From assembly GCF_003991155.1 (NCBI RefSeq), contig NZ_CP031293.1: 64,000 bases of DNA; one strand, given 5' to 3'. The notes beneath the pieces are model-generated. The model searched no databases, was not told the DNA's origin, and saw nothing but the letters and a program-made list of their open reading frames with translations. Shown here piece by piece: positions 49,562-62,681 of the stretch. Each line of letters starts with the position of its first letter. Within the stretch, counting starts at the first letter, position 1. This DNA is from Escherichia coli. GTDB taxonomy: Bacteria; Pseudomonadota; Gammaproteobacteria; Enterobacterales; Enterobacteriaceae. The position numbers and the translations under genes were made by a program.

Positions 49562-50524
49562 TTATTGCACGAAGCGCGAGGTCACGTACTGGCTGTAATC
49601 ATTCGCCACGGCAGGGACTTTGCCCTGATCTTTCAAAAACTGCGCGGTGTCGATGATCGCTTTGTTCACCGATCCGGTCAGTTCTGCCGTTTGCTGCTGC
49701 GGCGTCAGATAGGTATTCCCCTTCACCAGCCCCGGAACGTCACCTTCAGGCACGCCGCTTAACCGCGCCAGTTTGCTGATGTTTTCCGGCTGTTTCAGCC
49801 ACGCGTCTGGGTTAGCAATGTACGGTTGCTGAGCATCGATGGCGCTTTTAGCGAACGCTTTCACGACCTCAGGATGTTTCTCGGCAAAATCTTTGCGCAC
49901 TACCCAGACATCCAGCGTCGGCGCACCCCACTGCCCGACCTGTTCAGAATCGGTCAGCACCTTGCCGTCTTTTTCCAGGGCGTTAACCGCCGGTGCCCAG
50001 ACATAAGCACCATCAATGTCTCCCCGCTGCCATGCAGCGATAATCGCGGGCGGCTGCAGGTTCACAATCTCCACTTGCCCGGGTTTAATACCCCAGTGTT
50101 TCAGCGCCGCCAGCAGGCTGTAGTGGGTGGTGGAGATAAACGGTACGGCGATGCGCTTGCCAATCAGATCTTCCGGTTTGCTGATAGTTTTCTTCACCAC
50201 CAGCGCTTCGGAGTTACCCAGTTTTGACGCCAGCAAGAAGACTTCAATCGGCACCTGTTGGCTGGCTGCAACCGCTAACGGGCTGGAACCGAGGTTACCG
50301 ATTTGGACATCGCCTGAAGCCAGCGCCCGCACGATGCTGGCTCCGCTGTCAAACTTACGCCAGTCCACGGTTGCTCCGCTTTCTTTAGCAAAGGTGTTGT
50401 CGGCCTGAGCCACTTTCGCCGGTTCGGCTGAGGTTTGATAGGCCACGGTGACGTTCACCGCCTGTGCCTGAAAAGCGATGAATGCCAGTGCGGCAAGAAG
50501 TGTGTTACGCGATGAAATTGCCAT
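49562..50524 (-). CDS. tauA: Taurine ABC transporter periplasmic binding protein
   Basis: Track ORF 49562..50581; the recognised start is MAISSRNTLLAALAFIAFQAQAVNVTVAYQTSAEPAKV... (ATG at 50524, 320 aa). Confidence 0.93.
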   Translation of the reverse strand: MAISSRNTLLAALAFIAFQAQAVNVTVAYQTSAEPAKVAQADNTFAKESGATVDWRKFDSGASIVRALASGDVQIGNLGSSPLAVAASQQVPIEVFLLASKLGNSEALVVKKTISKPEDLIGKRIAVPFISTTHYSLLAALKHWGIKPGQVEIVNLQPPAIIAAWQRGDIDGAYVWAPAVNALEKDGKVLTDSEQVGQWGAPTLDVWVVRKDFAEKHPEVVKAFAKSAIDAQQPYIANPDAWLKQPENISKLARLSGVPEGDVPGLVKGNTYLTPQQQTAELTGSVNKAIIDTAQFLKDQGKVPAVANDYSQYVTSRFVQ

Positions 50525-51139
50525 GATTGTCTGCTCCCCTGTCTTGTTATGGGAGCAGTATTCAGGAATAAAAACATTCATTAAAAGAATTAGTCGTTAT
50601 CGCACAGATGATTTTATTCTTAGCAAAAAAACGGCAAAGGAAAGATTAAATATGCAATGACTCCGTTCTAACAATTGGGAAAATTACTACACTTCATTTT
50701 AGTGATGCATAAACAACCACATTACGAGATTTATTACTTCATTATTTCTATCAATATCAATACATATAATAAAACTATTATATTCGCATTATATATATCA
50801 CTGTATCATTCTCAATCACTCGCATATTACATTCACATAATGTATATAAACAATACTTGTTCACAGAACATATTTTTTAAATGCAATTAATTGACAAACT
50901 AAATCACATCTAAATACAATGTATAAAACAAAATAACTATACATACCAAACACACAAACACTTAACATATGAATTGCATAAAAACATTAACCAGTCGCCC
51001 CCCCGGATCTGAAAGCCCTGGCTTTTCAATTATTAGCAACATTTAACACTTATAAATTAGCATCTGGCTGCGCCAGAGATTACGTCTCTGAGTGCATCGT
51101 TGTGCTTGTAGTATAATAAATAAAATGGAGTGTCATTAA

Positions 51140-51811
51140 GTGGATAAGGTTTTAGATTCAGCCCTCCTTTCTTCGGCAAATAAAAGAAAGGGTATCCTTG
51201 CTATTGGCGCACATCCTGACGATATAGAATTAGGCTGTGGCGCATCGCTTGCTCGTCTTGCGCAAAAAGGAATTTATATCGCAGCCGTGGTGATGACTAC
51301 CGGCAACTCTGGCACAGATGGAATAATCGATCGCCATGAAGAATCGCGCAACGCCCTAAAGATATTAGGGTGCCACCAAACTATTCATCTTAATTTTGCT
51401 GACACCCGCGCTCATTTACAGCTCAATGATATGATTTCCGCCCTGGAAGACATCATTAAAAATCAAATTCCGTCTGATGTAGAAATCATTCGTGTATACA
51501 CCATGCATGATGCTGACCGCCATCAGGATCATCTTGCAGTCTATCAAGCCTCAATGGTTGCCTGCCGAACTATTCCACAAATTCTCGGCTACGAAACCCC
51601 AAGTACCTGGCTTTCATTTATGCCTCAGGTTTTTGAATCCGTTAAAGAAGAATATTTCACAGTCAAACTTGCTGCATTAAAAAAACATAAAAGCCAGGAA
51701 CGACGCGATTATATGCGTCATGATCGCCTGCGTGCAGTTGCACAATTTCGCGGGCAACAGGTCAATAGCGATCTGGGTGAAGGCTTTGTAATTCATAAAA
51801 TGATTCTTTGA
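51140..51811 (+). CDS. yaiS: PIG-L/LmbE-family deacetylase YaiS
   Basis: GTG at 51140 preceded by GGAG; MDKVLDSALLSSANKRKGILAIGAHPDDIELGCGASLARLAQKG... shows the PIG-L AHPDDxE motif. Confidence 0.88.
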   Translation: MDKVLDSALLSSANKRKGILAIGAHPDDIELGCGASLARLAQKGIYIAAVVMTTGNSGTDGIIDRHEESRNALKILGCHQTIHLNFADTRAHLQLNDMISALEDIIKNQIPSDVEIIRVYTMHDADRHQDHLAVYQASMVACRTIPQILGYETPSTWLSFMPQVFESVKEEYFTVKLAALKKHKSQERRDYMRHDRLRAVAQFRGQQVNSDLGEGFVIHKMIL

Positions 51812-51820
51812 GCAAATTGC

Positions 51821-53017
51821 ATGAAAACCTGGATATTTATCTGTATGGCCGTAGCAATATTGCTATGGTTCCTGAGTACGTTAAGGCGTAAGCCCAGCCA
51901 AAAAAAAGGCTGTATTGACGCCATTATACCTGCGTATAACGAAGGCCCGTGTCTGGCGCAGTCACTGGATAATCTGCTGCGTAACCCTTATTTTTGCCGG
52001 GTAATTTGCGTTAACGACGGCTCCACGGACAATACCGAAGCGGTCATGGCGGAAGTCAAACGCAAATGGGGCGACCGCTTTATTGCCGTCACGCAAAAAA
52101 ATACCGGTAAAGGTGGTGCGCTGATGAATGGCCTCAATTACGCCACCTGCGACCAGGTTTTTTTAAGTGATGCCGACACCTATGTTCCGCCCGATCAAGA
52201 CGGAATGGGCTATATGCTGGCAGAAATAGAGCGCGGTGCTGATGCCGTAGGCGGCATTCCCTCTACTGCGTTGAAAGGCGCGGGTCTGTTACCGCACATC
52301 CGCGCGACCGTAAAGTTGCCGATGATTGTTATGAAGCGCACGCTACAGCAGCTCCTGGGCGGCGCACCGTTTATTATCAGCGGTGCCTGCGGGATGTTCC
52401 GTACTGATGTATTGCGTAAGTTCGGTTTCTCTGATCGTACTAAAGTCGAAGACCTTGATCTCACCTGGACATTGGTGGCAAACGGCTATCGTATTCGGCA
52501 GGCGAATCGCTGCATCGTATACCCACAGGAATGCAACAGCCCGCGTGAGGAATGGCGTCGCTGGCGGCGTTGGATTGTGGGCTACGCGGTCTGTATGCGC
52601 CTGCATAAAAGACTTTTATTTAGCCGCTTCGGTATCTTCAGTATATTTCCTATGCTGTTGGTTGTGCTTTATGGCGTTGGGATTTATCTCACTACCTGGT
52701 TTAATGAATTCATCACCACCGGGCCGCATAGTGTGGTGTTGGCAATGTTTCCGCTTATCTGGGTCGGCGTAGTTTGTGTTATTGGTGCTTTTAGCGCCTG
52801 GTTTCATCGTTGCTGGTTGTTGGTGCCTTTAGCGCCGCTTTCCGTTGTGTATGTATTATTAGCTTATGCCATCTGGATTATTTATGGACTTATTGCCTTT
52901 TTTACTGGACGCGAACCTCAGCGCGACAAACCCACCCGCTATTCCGCACTGGTGGAAGCGTCAACCGCTTATTCCCAACCTTCTGTCACAGGAACTGAAA
53001 AACTTTCTGAAGCTTAA
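51821..53017 (+). CDS. yaiP: Family-2 glycosyltransferase with C-terminal membrane domain, YaiP
   Basis: 398 aa; N-terminal GT2 fold (IPAYNEG...VICVNDGSTDNT...DAD); transmembrane segments at the N- and C-terminal ends. Confidence 0.85.
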   Translation: MKTWIFICMAVAILLWFLSTLRRKPSQKKGCIDAIIPAYNEGPCLAQSLDNLLRNPYFCRVICVNDGSTDNTEAVMAEVKRKWGDRFIAVTQKNTGKGGALMNGLNYATCDQVFLSDADTYVPPDQDGMGYMLAEIERGADAVGGIPSTALKGAGLLPHIRATVKLPMIVMKRTLQQLLGGAPFIISGACGMFRTDVLRKFGFSDRTKVEDLDLTWTLVANGYRIRQANRCIVYPQECNSPREEWRRWRRWIVGYAVCMRLHKRLLFSRFGIFSIFPMLLVVLYGVGIYLTTWFNEFITTGPHSVVLAMFPLIWVGVVCVIGAFSAWFHRCWLLVPLAPLSVVYVLLAYAIWIIYGLIAFFTGREPQRDKPTRYSALVEASTAYSQPSVTGTEKLSEA

Positions 53018-53576
53018 TGTTAAAGAGAAAAATATTCAGATTGCAGACCAGGTAATTATTGATGAAACTGCAGGTGAAGTTGTTATCGGCGCGAATACCC
53101 GTATTTGTCACGGTGCCGTTATTCAGGGTCCGGTAGTGATTGGCGCAAACTGCCTGATAGGTAATTATGCGTTTATTCGTCCTGGCACAATAATCAGCAA
53201 TGGCGTAAAAATTGGTTTCGCCACCGAAATTAAAAATGCGGTTATTGAAGCGGAAGCAACGATTGGTCCGCAATGTTTTATTGCCGACTCGGTAGTCGCA
53301 AACCAGGCATATTTGGGCGCACAAGTACGTACCAGTAATCATCGTCTGGATGAACAGCCCGTGTCTGTTCGAACTCCAGAGGGAATTATCGCTACCGGAT
53401 GCGATAAATTAGGTTGTTATATCGGACAGCGTTCACGCCTTGGCGTACAAGTTATTATTTTGCCTGGGCGAATTATTTCCCCGAACACGCAACTTGGCCC
53501 GCGCGTGATTGTAGAACGTAATTTACCTACCGGAACTTATTCACTCCGACAAGAACTTATCCGTACAGGAGATTAA
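52866..53576 (+). CDS. yaiX: Hexapeptide-repeat (left-handed beta-helix) acyltransferase YaiX, apparently intact; start uncertain
   Basis: Track ORF 52866..53576, with hexapeptide repeats in ...VVIGANTRICHGAVIQGPVVIGANCLIGNYAFIRPGTIISNGVKIGFATEIKNAVI.... It overlaps the yaiP 3' end by about 150 nt if the ATG at 52866 or 52884 is used. Confidence 0.75.
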   Translation: MPSGLFMDLLPFLLDANLSATNPPAIPHWWKRQPLIPNLLSQELKNFLKLNVKEKNIQIADQVIIDETAGEVVIGANTRICHGAVIQGPVVIGANCLIGNYAFIRPGTIISNGVKIGFATEIKNAVIEAEATIGPQCFIADSVVANQAYLGAQVRTSNHRLDEQPVSVRTPEGIIATGCDKLGCYIGQRSRLGVQVIILPGRIISPNTQLGPRVIVERNLPTGTYSLRQELIRTGD

Positions 53577-53577
53577 A

Positions 53578-54351
53578 ATGATAAAACGGACGTTATTAGC
53601 GGCGGCCATTTTTAGCACATTGCCCGCTTATGCCGGGTTAACTTCCATTACCGCGGGCTACGATTTTACCGATTATTCTGGCGATCATGGCAATCGTAAT
53701 TTAGCGTATGCTGAACTGGTGGCGAAAGTTGAAAACGCAACGCTGCTTTTTAATCTTTCCCAGGGGCGTCGTGATTATGAAACTGAACATTTCAATGCCA
53801 CTCGCGGTCAGGGTGCGGTCTGGTATAAATGGAATAACTGGCTGACAACCCGAACGGGTATTGCCTTTGCGGATAATACGCCGGTCTTTGCCCGCCAGGA
53901 TTTTCGTCAGGATATTAACCTGGCACTGTTGCCAAAAACGCTTTTCACGACCGGTTATCGCTACACTAAATATTACGATGATGTCGAAGTCGATGCCTGG
54001 CAAGGCGGCGTATCCCTCTATACTGGCCCGGTGATCTCCAGCTACCGCTATACCCATTATGACTCCAGCGATGCAGGTGGTAGTTACAGCAATATGATTT
54101 CCGTGCGTCTGAATGACCCGCGCGGCACTGGTTATACGCAACTATGGCTAAGCCGCGGAACAGGCGCTTACACCTATGACTGGACGCCAGAAACACGCTA
54201 CGGCAGCATGAAGAGCGTCAGTTTGCAACGTATTCAACCGCTGACTGAGCAACTTAATCTCGGGCTGACGGCAGGTAAAGTGTGGTACGACACCCCAACC
54301 GATGATTATAACGGTCTGCAACTTGCAGCCCATCTGACCTGGAAATTCTAA
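53578..54351 (+). CDS. yaiO: Outer-membrane beta-barrel protein YaiO
   Basis: 257 aa, MIKRTLLAAAIFSTLPAYAGLTSITAGYDFTDYSGDHGNRNLAYAELVAK...; signal peptide and C-terminal ...HLTWKF. Confidence 0.9.
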   Translation: MIKRTLLAAAIFSTLPAYAGLTSITAGYDFTDYSGDHGNRNLAYAELVAKVENATLLFNLSQGRRDYETEHFNATRGQGAVWYKWNNWLTTRTGIAFADNTPVFARQDFRQDINLALLPKTLFTTGYRYTKYYDDVEVDAWQGGVSLYTGPVISSYRYTHYDSSDAGGSYSNMISVRLNDPRGTGYTQLWLSRGTGAYTYDWTPETRYGSMKSVSLQRIQPLTEQLNLGLTAGKVWYDTPTDDYNGLQLAAHLTWKF

Positions 54352-54457
54352 TTCCTTCTGCCGCCCGCTATCCGGGGCGGCCTTCCCTGCCGATTAGCCC
54401 CCCCTTTCCTCTTTGTTTTCCGACCACATTCACCGGATAAATTTTATTCTCCAGTGT

Positions 54458-54510
54458 TATATACTATAGGGGGGTATGCATTGACATATAGCATACCCCC
54501 CTATAGTATA
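54458..54510. promoter_or_regulatory. frmRAB promoter/operator: long inverted repeat with G6/C6 tracts (FrmR/RcnR-type site)
   Basis: tatatactataggggggtatgc ...attgacatat... gcatacccccctatagtata, 25-80 bp upstream of the frmR start. Confidence 0.7.
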
Positions 54511-54535
54511 TTGCGTGCAGATGATGAGGTGCGAA

Positions 54536-54811
54536 ATGCCCAGTACTCCGGAAGAGAAGAAAAAGGTCCTTACTCGAGTTCGTCGTATTCGGGGGCAAAT
54601 TGATGCTCTGGAACGGTCGCTGGAGGGTGATGCCGAATGCCGTGCCATACTCCAACAGATCGCTGCCGTTCGGGGCGCGGCTAACGGGCTGATGGCAGAA
54701 GTGCTTGAAAGCCATATCCGGGAAACGTTTGACCGAAATGACTGCTACAGCCGCGAAGTCAGCCAATCCGTTGACGACACTATTGAACTGGTTCGTGCCT
54801 ATCTTAAATAG
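54536..54811 (+). CDS. frmR: Formaldehyde-responsive repressor FrmR (CsoR/RcnR family)
   Basis: Track ORF 54515..54811; the recognised start is [60 protein letters not shown]... (91 aa). Confidence 0.92.
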
Positions 54812-54815
54812 CTGA

Positions 54816-55955
<1,140 letters not shown>

Positions 55956-56046
55956 TTTCCCGCAGGTTTACCCGTCCAGTTCAGACGGGGTTCTTAATAC
56001 TCTCCCCGGGCAGCCGCCCGGGGGATTAACCGTGAGATAATGACTG

Positions 56047-56880
56047 ATGGAACTCATTGAAAAACATGCTAGCTTTGGCGGCTGGCAAAATGTGTATCGG
56101 CATTATTCCCAATCACTGAAATGTGAAATGAATGTCGGCGTCTATCTCCCACCAAAAGCCGGGAATGAAAAATTACCGGTGCTGTACTGGCTTTCGGGCC
56201 TGACCTGCAACGAGCAGAATTTCATTACTAAATCGGGGATGCAACGTTACGCGGCGGAGCACAACATTATTGTTGTTGCGCCAGACACCAGTCCGCGAGG
56301 CAGTCATGTCGCAGATGCCGACCGTTACGATCTCGGGCAAGGTGCCGGGTTTTACCTGAACGCAACGCAAGCGCCGTGGAATGAACATTACAAAATGTAT
56401 GATTATATCCACAACGAGCTGCCGGATTTAGTGATGCAACATTTTCCGGCAACGACCAGAAAGTCTATCTCAGGTCATTCTATGGGCGGGCTGGGCGCGC
56501 TGGTGCTGGCGTTACGTAATCCAGATGAATATGTCAGCGTCTCGGCATTTTCGCCCATTGTCTCCCCATCGCAAGTACCGTGGGGACAGCAAGCCTTTGC
56601 CGCATATCTTGGTGAAAATAAAGAGGCCTGGTTGGATTACGATCCGGTGAGCCTTATTTCACAAGGTCAACGCGTTGCGGAAATCATGGTTGATCAGGGG
56701 TTGAGTGATGATTTTTACGCAGAACAGCTGCGGACTCCAAATCTTGAAAAGATCTGCCAGGAGATGAATATCAAGACGTTAATCCGTTATCACGAGGGTT
56801 ACGACCACAGCTATTATTTTGTCTCCAGTTTTATTGGCGAGCATATTGCGTACCACGCCAATAAACTGAATATGCGTTGA
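56047..56880 (+). CDS. frmB: S-formylglutathione hydrolase
   Basis: 277 aa, MELIEKHASFGGWQNVYRHYSQSLKCEMNVGVYLPPKAGNEKLPVLYWLSGLTC...; GHSMGG esterase motif. Confidence 0.95.
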   Translation: MELIEKHASFGGWQNVYRHYSQSLKCEMNVGVYLPPKAGNEKLPVLYWLSGLTCNEQNFITKSGMQRYAAEHNIIVVAPDTSPRGSHVADADRYDLGQGAGFYLNATQAPWNEHYKMYDYIHNELPDLVMQHFPATTRKSISGHSMGGLGALVLALRNPDEYVSVSAFSPIVSPSQVPWGQQAFAAYLGENKEAWLDYDPVSLISQGQRVAEIMVDQGLSDDFYAEQLRTPNLEKICQEMNIKTLIRYHEGYDHSYYFVSSFIGEHIAYHANKLNMR

Positions 56881-56882
56881 TA

Positions 56883-56985
56883 ATGCCGGATGCGGCGTGA
56901 ACGCCTTATCCGCCTACATTTCGCCTGGAAACCGTAGGCATGATAAGACTCGCAAAGCGTCGCATCAGGCATCTGCACATGATTT
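56883..56985. repeat. REP/BIME elements between frmB and yaiL
   Basis: gccggatgcggcgtgaacgccttatccgcctac ... gataagactcgcaaagcgtcgcatcaggcatctgcaca. Confidence 0.7.
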
Positions 56986-56993
56986 ATCAATGT

Positions 56994-57533
56994 TTACCAC
57001 ATCAAATCATCAGGCACTTTGAAGTCAGCATACGGATCGTCTTCATCCTGCTCTTCGGCGCTGAGCGCGCTGTGCAACACAATACTGCTGGCATCACGCT
57101 GAGCAATTTTATCGGCAACGCTGGCGGGAATAATGGCGTATTCACCCTCACTATTGTTATCGACCAACAAGCGGGCAATAGCCAGACGACCATTAATCAA
57201 CTGCGTTTGCGTGAGCTTATCGACAAAAATCTTCTTAATCAGATTGCCGTCAGTGAAGTTAAAACCAATATCGCCATTGGCAATGGTAATTCGGTTCATT
57301 TCAATGAGCTGCTTCACCTGGGCTTTATATTCTTTCGCCAACGCCGCTTGTTTTTGTTGCTCGCTAAGCTGTTTATCACGCTCAAGCTGTGCCTTTTTAT
57401 TTTCTTCTACCGCCGCCCGAGCTTCACGCGCCTGAACACGCGATTTTTTCGCCGTTCTCTCGACCTTCGCCGCTTTTTTGCTGGTGACTAATCCTGCTTT
57501 GAGCAACTGCTCTTGTAAGGTAAGTTTTGCCAT
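56994..57533 (-). CDS. yaiL: DUF2058-family protein YaiL
   Basis: Track ORF 56994..57650; the recognised start is MAKLTLQEQLLKAGLVTSKKAAKVERTAKKSRVQAREARAAVEENKKAQ... (179 aa). Confidence 0.88.
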   Translation of the reverse strand: MAKLTLQEQLLKAGLVTSKKAAKVERTAKKSRVQAREARAAVEENKKAQLERDKQLSEQQKQAALAKEYKAQVKQLIEMNRITIANGDIGFNFTDGNLIKKIFVDKLTQTQLINGRLAIARLLVDNNSEGEYAIIPASVADKIAQRDASSIVLHSALSAEEQDEDDPYADFKVPDDLMW

Positions 57534-57634
57534 CTTTGTTTCCAAACCCGCTGAATAATTTTTAGCGAGTATACCTGTAAACGCCGTAGGTGTATTGGGG
57601 GGAAGTCCCTTTCGCCCCTGCTTAATAAGGCGCG

Positions 57635-58846
57635 TCAGGCATCTGCACACGGCTGCATTCGTGATCTCCGGCTCATCAAAATAAACACTGCCAGGCCGGC
57701 AACAAGAATACCCGGCGCAGAAGCGGCCATTACGCCAACCGTGCCAGTGCCTAATGCCAGCATTTTCCCGGCCAGTAACGGACCGCTCATAGCCCCCAGA
57801 CGCCCTACCGCCACGGCTGTTCCCACACCTGTTGCGCGGATCTGCGAGCTGTAAAACAACGGTGCCAATGCATACAAAACGCTTTGCCCACCTGTCGCAA
57901 ACAACCCCGCGACGAATCCCGCCAGCAACATACCGTTAAATGACGACACCGTTCCCAGCGCCAGCAGCGAAGCTAACATGTCGCTATAAATCAGTAGCGA
58001 CATGGTTACTGGACGCAGCTTATCCATCAATGCGCCCAACATTAACGTCCCGCTTGCCGCCCCCATTTGCAGTGCAAACATCACCCCTGCCGCCTGCGAT
58101 GGCTGGAATCCTTGCTCCACCAAAAGCAGCGGTAGCCAGTTGATCAACATGTAGACCACCAGCAGAGTGAAGAAATAACACAACCACAGCAGCAGCGTCG
58201 CGGTGGCCGTTTCTGGCGCAAATAACGCACGCAGTGGTGGCGCAGCCTGTTTTTCGCCAGCGAACACCGCCGACTCCGGCAGCCAGCGCATTAATAGCGG
58301 CACCAGAATCAACGGCACCACACCACCTACCCAAAACACCGTTTGCCATGCTAAGTTTGCCCCCGCGAAACCCAGTGTCGCCGCCAGCGCCGCGCCAATG
58401 GGAACACCGCAATACATCAGGCTCACTGCCGTCCCACGAAAACGTGGACCCGCGGCTTCAGACGTCAGGGCGATCAGATTCGGCAACGCCGCCCCCAGCC
58501 CGACACCGGTCATCAGCCGCGCAAAGACCAGTGAGGGGAAATCCCAGGCAATCGCCGTTGCCAGTGAGAACAAACCAAACAGCGCAACTGAGCCAATCAA
58601 AATGCGCTTGCGACCATAACGGTCCGCCAGCATTCCGCCAACCAACGCGCCGGGTAGCAAACCGAGTATTCCGGCGCTGAATATCCAGCCCATTTGCATT
58701 TTATCGAGTGCAAAAGCCTGGGCGATGCCACCCGCCGCAATGCCAGCCGCCTGAAGATCCAGCCCTTCCATCAGAGCGACCAAAAAACAAAGCCCGATGG
58801 TCAGCATCAGGCGGGATGAAGATGATGAAGGGGTACGAGTCGACAT
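57635..58846 (-). CDS. mhpT: 3-(3-hydroxyphenyl)propionate transporter MhpT (MFS)
   Basis: Track ORF 57635..58915; the recognised start is MSTRTPSSSSSRLMLTIGLCFLVALMEGLDLQAAGIAAGG... (403 aa). Confidence 0.92.
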   Translation of the reverse strand: MSTRTPSSSSSRLMLTIGLCFLVALMEGLDLQAAGIAAGGIAQAFALDKMQMGWIFSAGILGLLPGALVGGMLADRYGRKRILIGSVALFGLFSLATAIAWDFPSLVFARLMTGVGLGAALPNLIALTSEAAGPRFRGTAVSLMYCGVPIGAALAATLGFAGANLAWQTVFWVGGVVPLILVPLLMRWLPESAVFAGEKQAAPPLRALFAPETATATLLLWLCYFFTLLVVYMLINWLPLLLVEQGFQPSQAAGVMFALQMGAASGTLMLGALMDKLRPVTMSLLIYSDMLASLLALGTVSSFNGMLLAGFVAGLFATGGQSVLYALAPLFYSSQIRATGVGTAVAVGRLGAMSGPLLAGKMLALGTGTVGVMAASAPGILVAGLAVFILMSRRSRMQPCADA

Positions 58847-58929
58847 AAGATGAACCTCGTTGCGAGTACAGGTGAGTCGCGGCTGATACATTGCCAGCCG
58901 CGTAATCAGAACCATTTAATGACTGCCTA

Positions 58930-58975
<46 letters not shown>

Positions 58976-59021
58976 TCGTGCTGGGATGGGCATACAAAAT
59001 GCACGTTCTCGGCAGTCATCA

Positions 59022-60031
59022 TTATTTGTTGTTGCGCAGATCCAGCGCCACGTCGACGATCATATCCTCCTGGCCGCCAACCATCCGGCGTTTGCCCAGC
59101 TCAACGAGAATATCCACCGCGCTTAAGCCATAACGCGCCGCCGCCGTTTCACAGTGACGCAGGAAGCTGGAGTAAACACCAGCGTATCCCAGCGCCAGCG
59201 TTTCGCGATCGACTCGTACCGGTCGATCCTGCAACGGACGCACCAGGTCGTCAGCGGCATCCATTAACGCATAGAGATCGGTCCCATGCTGCCAACCCAG
59301 TTTATCCGCGGCAGCAATAAACACTTCCAGCGGCGCGTTACCTGCGCCCGCCCCCATTCCCGCGAGACTGGCATCGATGCGGTCACAGCCCTCTTCCACC
59401 GCCGCGATAGAGTTCGCCACACCAAGACTCAGGTTATGGTGAGCATGCATGCCAGTTTGCGTTTCCGGTTTCAGCACCGCTTTCAGGGCGCGGAAACGGT
59501 CACGGATATCGCTCATGTTCATCGCTCCGCCAGAATCCACCACATAAATACAGGTCGCACCGTAGCCTTCCATCAGCTTTGCCTGCTTTGCGAGATTCTC
59601 CGGCGTGGTCATATGGCTCATCATCAGAAAACCAACGGTGTCCATTCCGAGCTCGCGGGCATACTGAATATGCTGGGCGGAAACATCAGCTTCGGTACAG
59701 TGCGTTGCCACACGAACCACCCGCGCGCCAGCCTGCCAGGCATTTTTCAAATCGTGAATAGTGCCGATTCCTGGCAGCAACAACGTCGCGATTTTGGCGT
59801 GCTTCACCACATCCGCCGCCGCTTCAATCCATTCAAGGTCGCTATGTGCGCCGAAACCATAGTTAAAGCTGGAACCCTGCAAACCGTCGCCGTGGGCCAC
59901 TTCAATCGAATCCACGCGGGCATCGTCCAGTGCTTTGGCAACCTGGCGAACGTTTTCCAATGAATACTGATGACGAATGGCGTGCATACCATCACGCAAC
60001 GTGACGTCCGAGATATAAAGTTTTTTATCGT

Positions 60032-60035
<4 letters not shown>
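59022..60035 (-). CDS. mhpE: 4-hydroxy-2-oxovalerate aldolase
   Basis: 337 aa, [52 protein letters not shown]... Confidence 0.95.
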
Positions 60036-61797
<1,762 letters not shown>

Positions 61798-62664
61798 TTA
61801 AGGGCGTGCGAGGAAATTCAGCACCAGTTGATTGAAAGCGTCGGCATGTTCCCACTGCGCCCAGTGACCACAGTCGCGGAAGATATGCAGTTCAGAACCG
61901 GCAATGCCGGACAGCAGACGCAGACCCGCATCCATCGGCACAAAGCGGTCGTTGCGCCCCCAGACAATCAGGGTTTGCGCTTTGATTTCCGCCAGACGTG
62001 GGCCAAAATCCGGGAACTGTTTCGGATTGGCTTCCAGGCTCTTAACGAAGTTTTCCAGGTGATCGCGGCGCGACAGCATATTATTCAGGCGCGCTTCAAA
62101 CAGGGCGTCGGTCAAATCGCTGGTATCAAAAACGAAGATATCCATCATCAGCTTCAGGTTTTCGATAGTCGGCTGACGATAAAGCTGATTCAGTCGCTTA
62201 ATACCTTCGGTTGGCATCGGCGTAAACAAACTCATGCCGCCCGTACCGCCGCCCATCAGCACCAGTTTGCCGACGCGCTCCGGCCAGTTAAGGGTGAACG
62301 CCACAGAACTGTGGCCGCCCATCGAGTTGCCCAGCAGGTGGATTTTGGCGATATCCAGTTGATCCACCACGCTTTTCAGGATTTGCGCATTAAGATCCGA
62401 TCGCGAACCACTATTAACGATCGAATCGCTCTTACCCCAACCCGGACAATCCAGCAGGATCACCCGATAGCCCGCCTCTACCAGCGGATCGATATTGCGG
62501 CTGAAGTTCGCCCAGCCAGTAGCACCCGGGCCGGAACCATGCAGCAGGACAACAGTTTCGTCGCCTTGTCCGCAGTCATTAAAATGGATGCGCAGCGTTT
62601 TACCCGCTTCTTCTACATTCAGAAAACGGCTGGTGGCGGCTTCGGTTTGTGGCTGATAACTCAT
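61798..62664 (-). CDS. mhpC: 2-hydroxy-6-ketonona-2,4-dienedioate hydrolase (alpha/beta hydrolase)
   Basis: Track ORF 61798..62727. I place the start at [47 protein letters not shown]...; the exact start is uncertain (alternative in-frame Met codons lie upstream at about 62667 and 62679). Confidence 0.9.
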   Translation of the reverse strand: MSYQPQTEAATSRFLNVEEAGKTLRIHFNDCGQGDETVVLLHGSGPGATGWANFSRNIDPLVEAGYRVILLDCPGWGKSDSIVNSGSRSDLNAQILKSVVDQLDIAKIHLLGNSMGGHSSVAFTLNWPERVGKLVLMGGGTGGMSLFTPMPTEGIKRLNQLYRQPTIENLKLMMDIFVFDTSDLTDALFEARLNNMLSRRDHLENFVKSLEANPKQFPDFGPRLAEIKAQTLIVWGRNDRFVPMDAGLRLLSGIAGSELHIFRDCGHWAQWEHADAFNQLVLNFLARP

Positions 62665-62681
62665 CATCTTCTCCTGCATAT

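Noticed and set aside
57534-57634. Possible additional REP element between yaiL and mhpT
   Set aside because: Only a partial match (gcgcgtcaggcatctgcacacgg) without the full REP palindrome; not reported as a feature.
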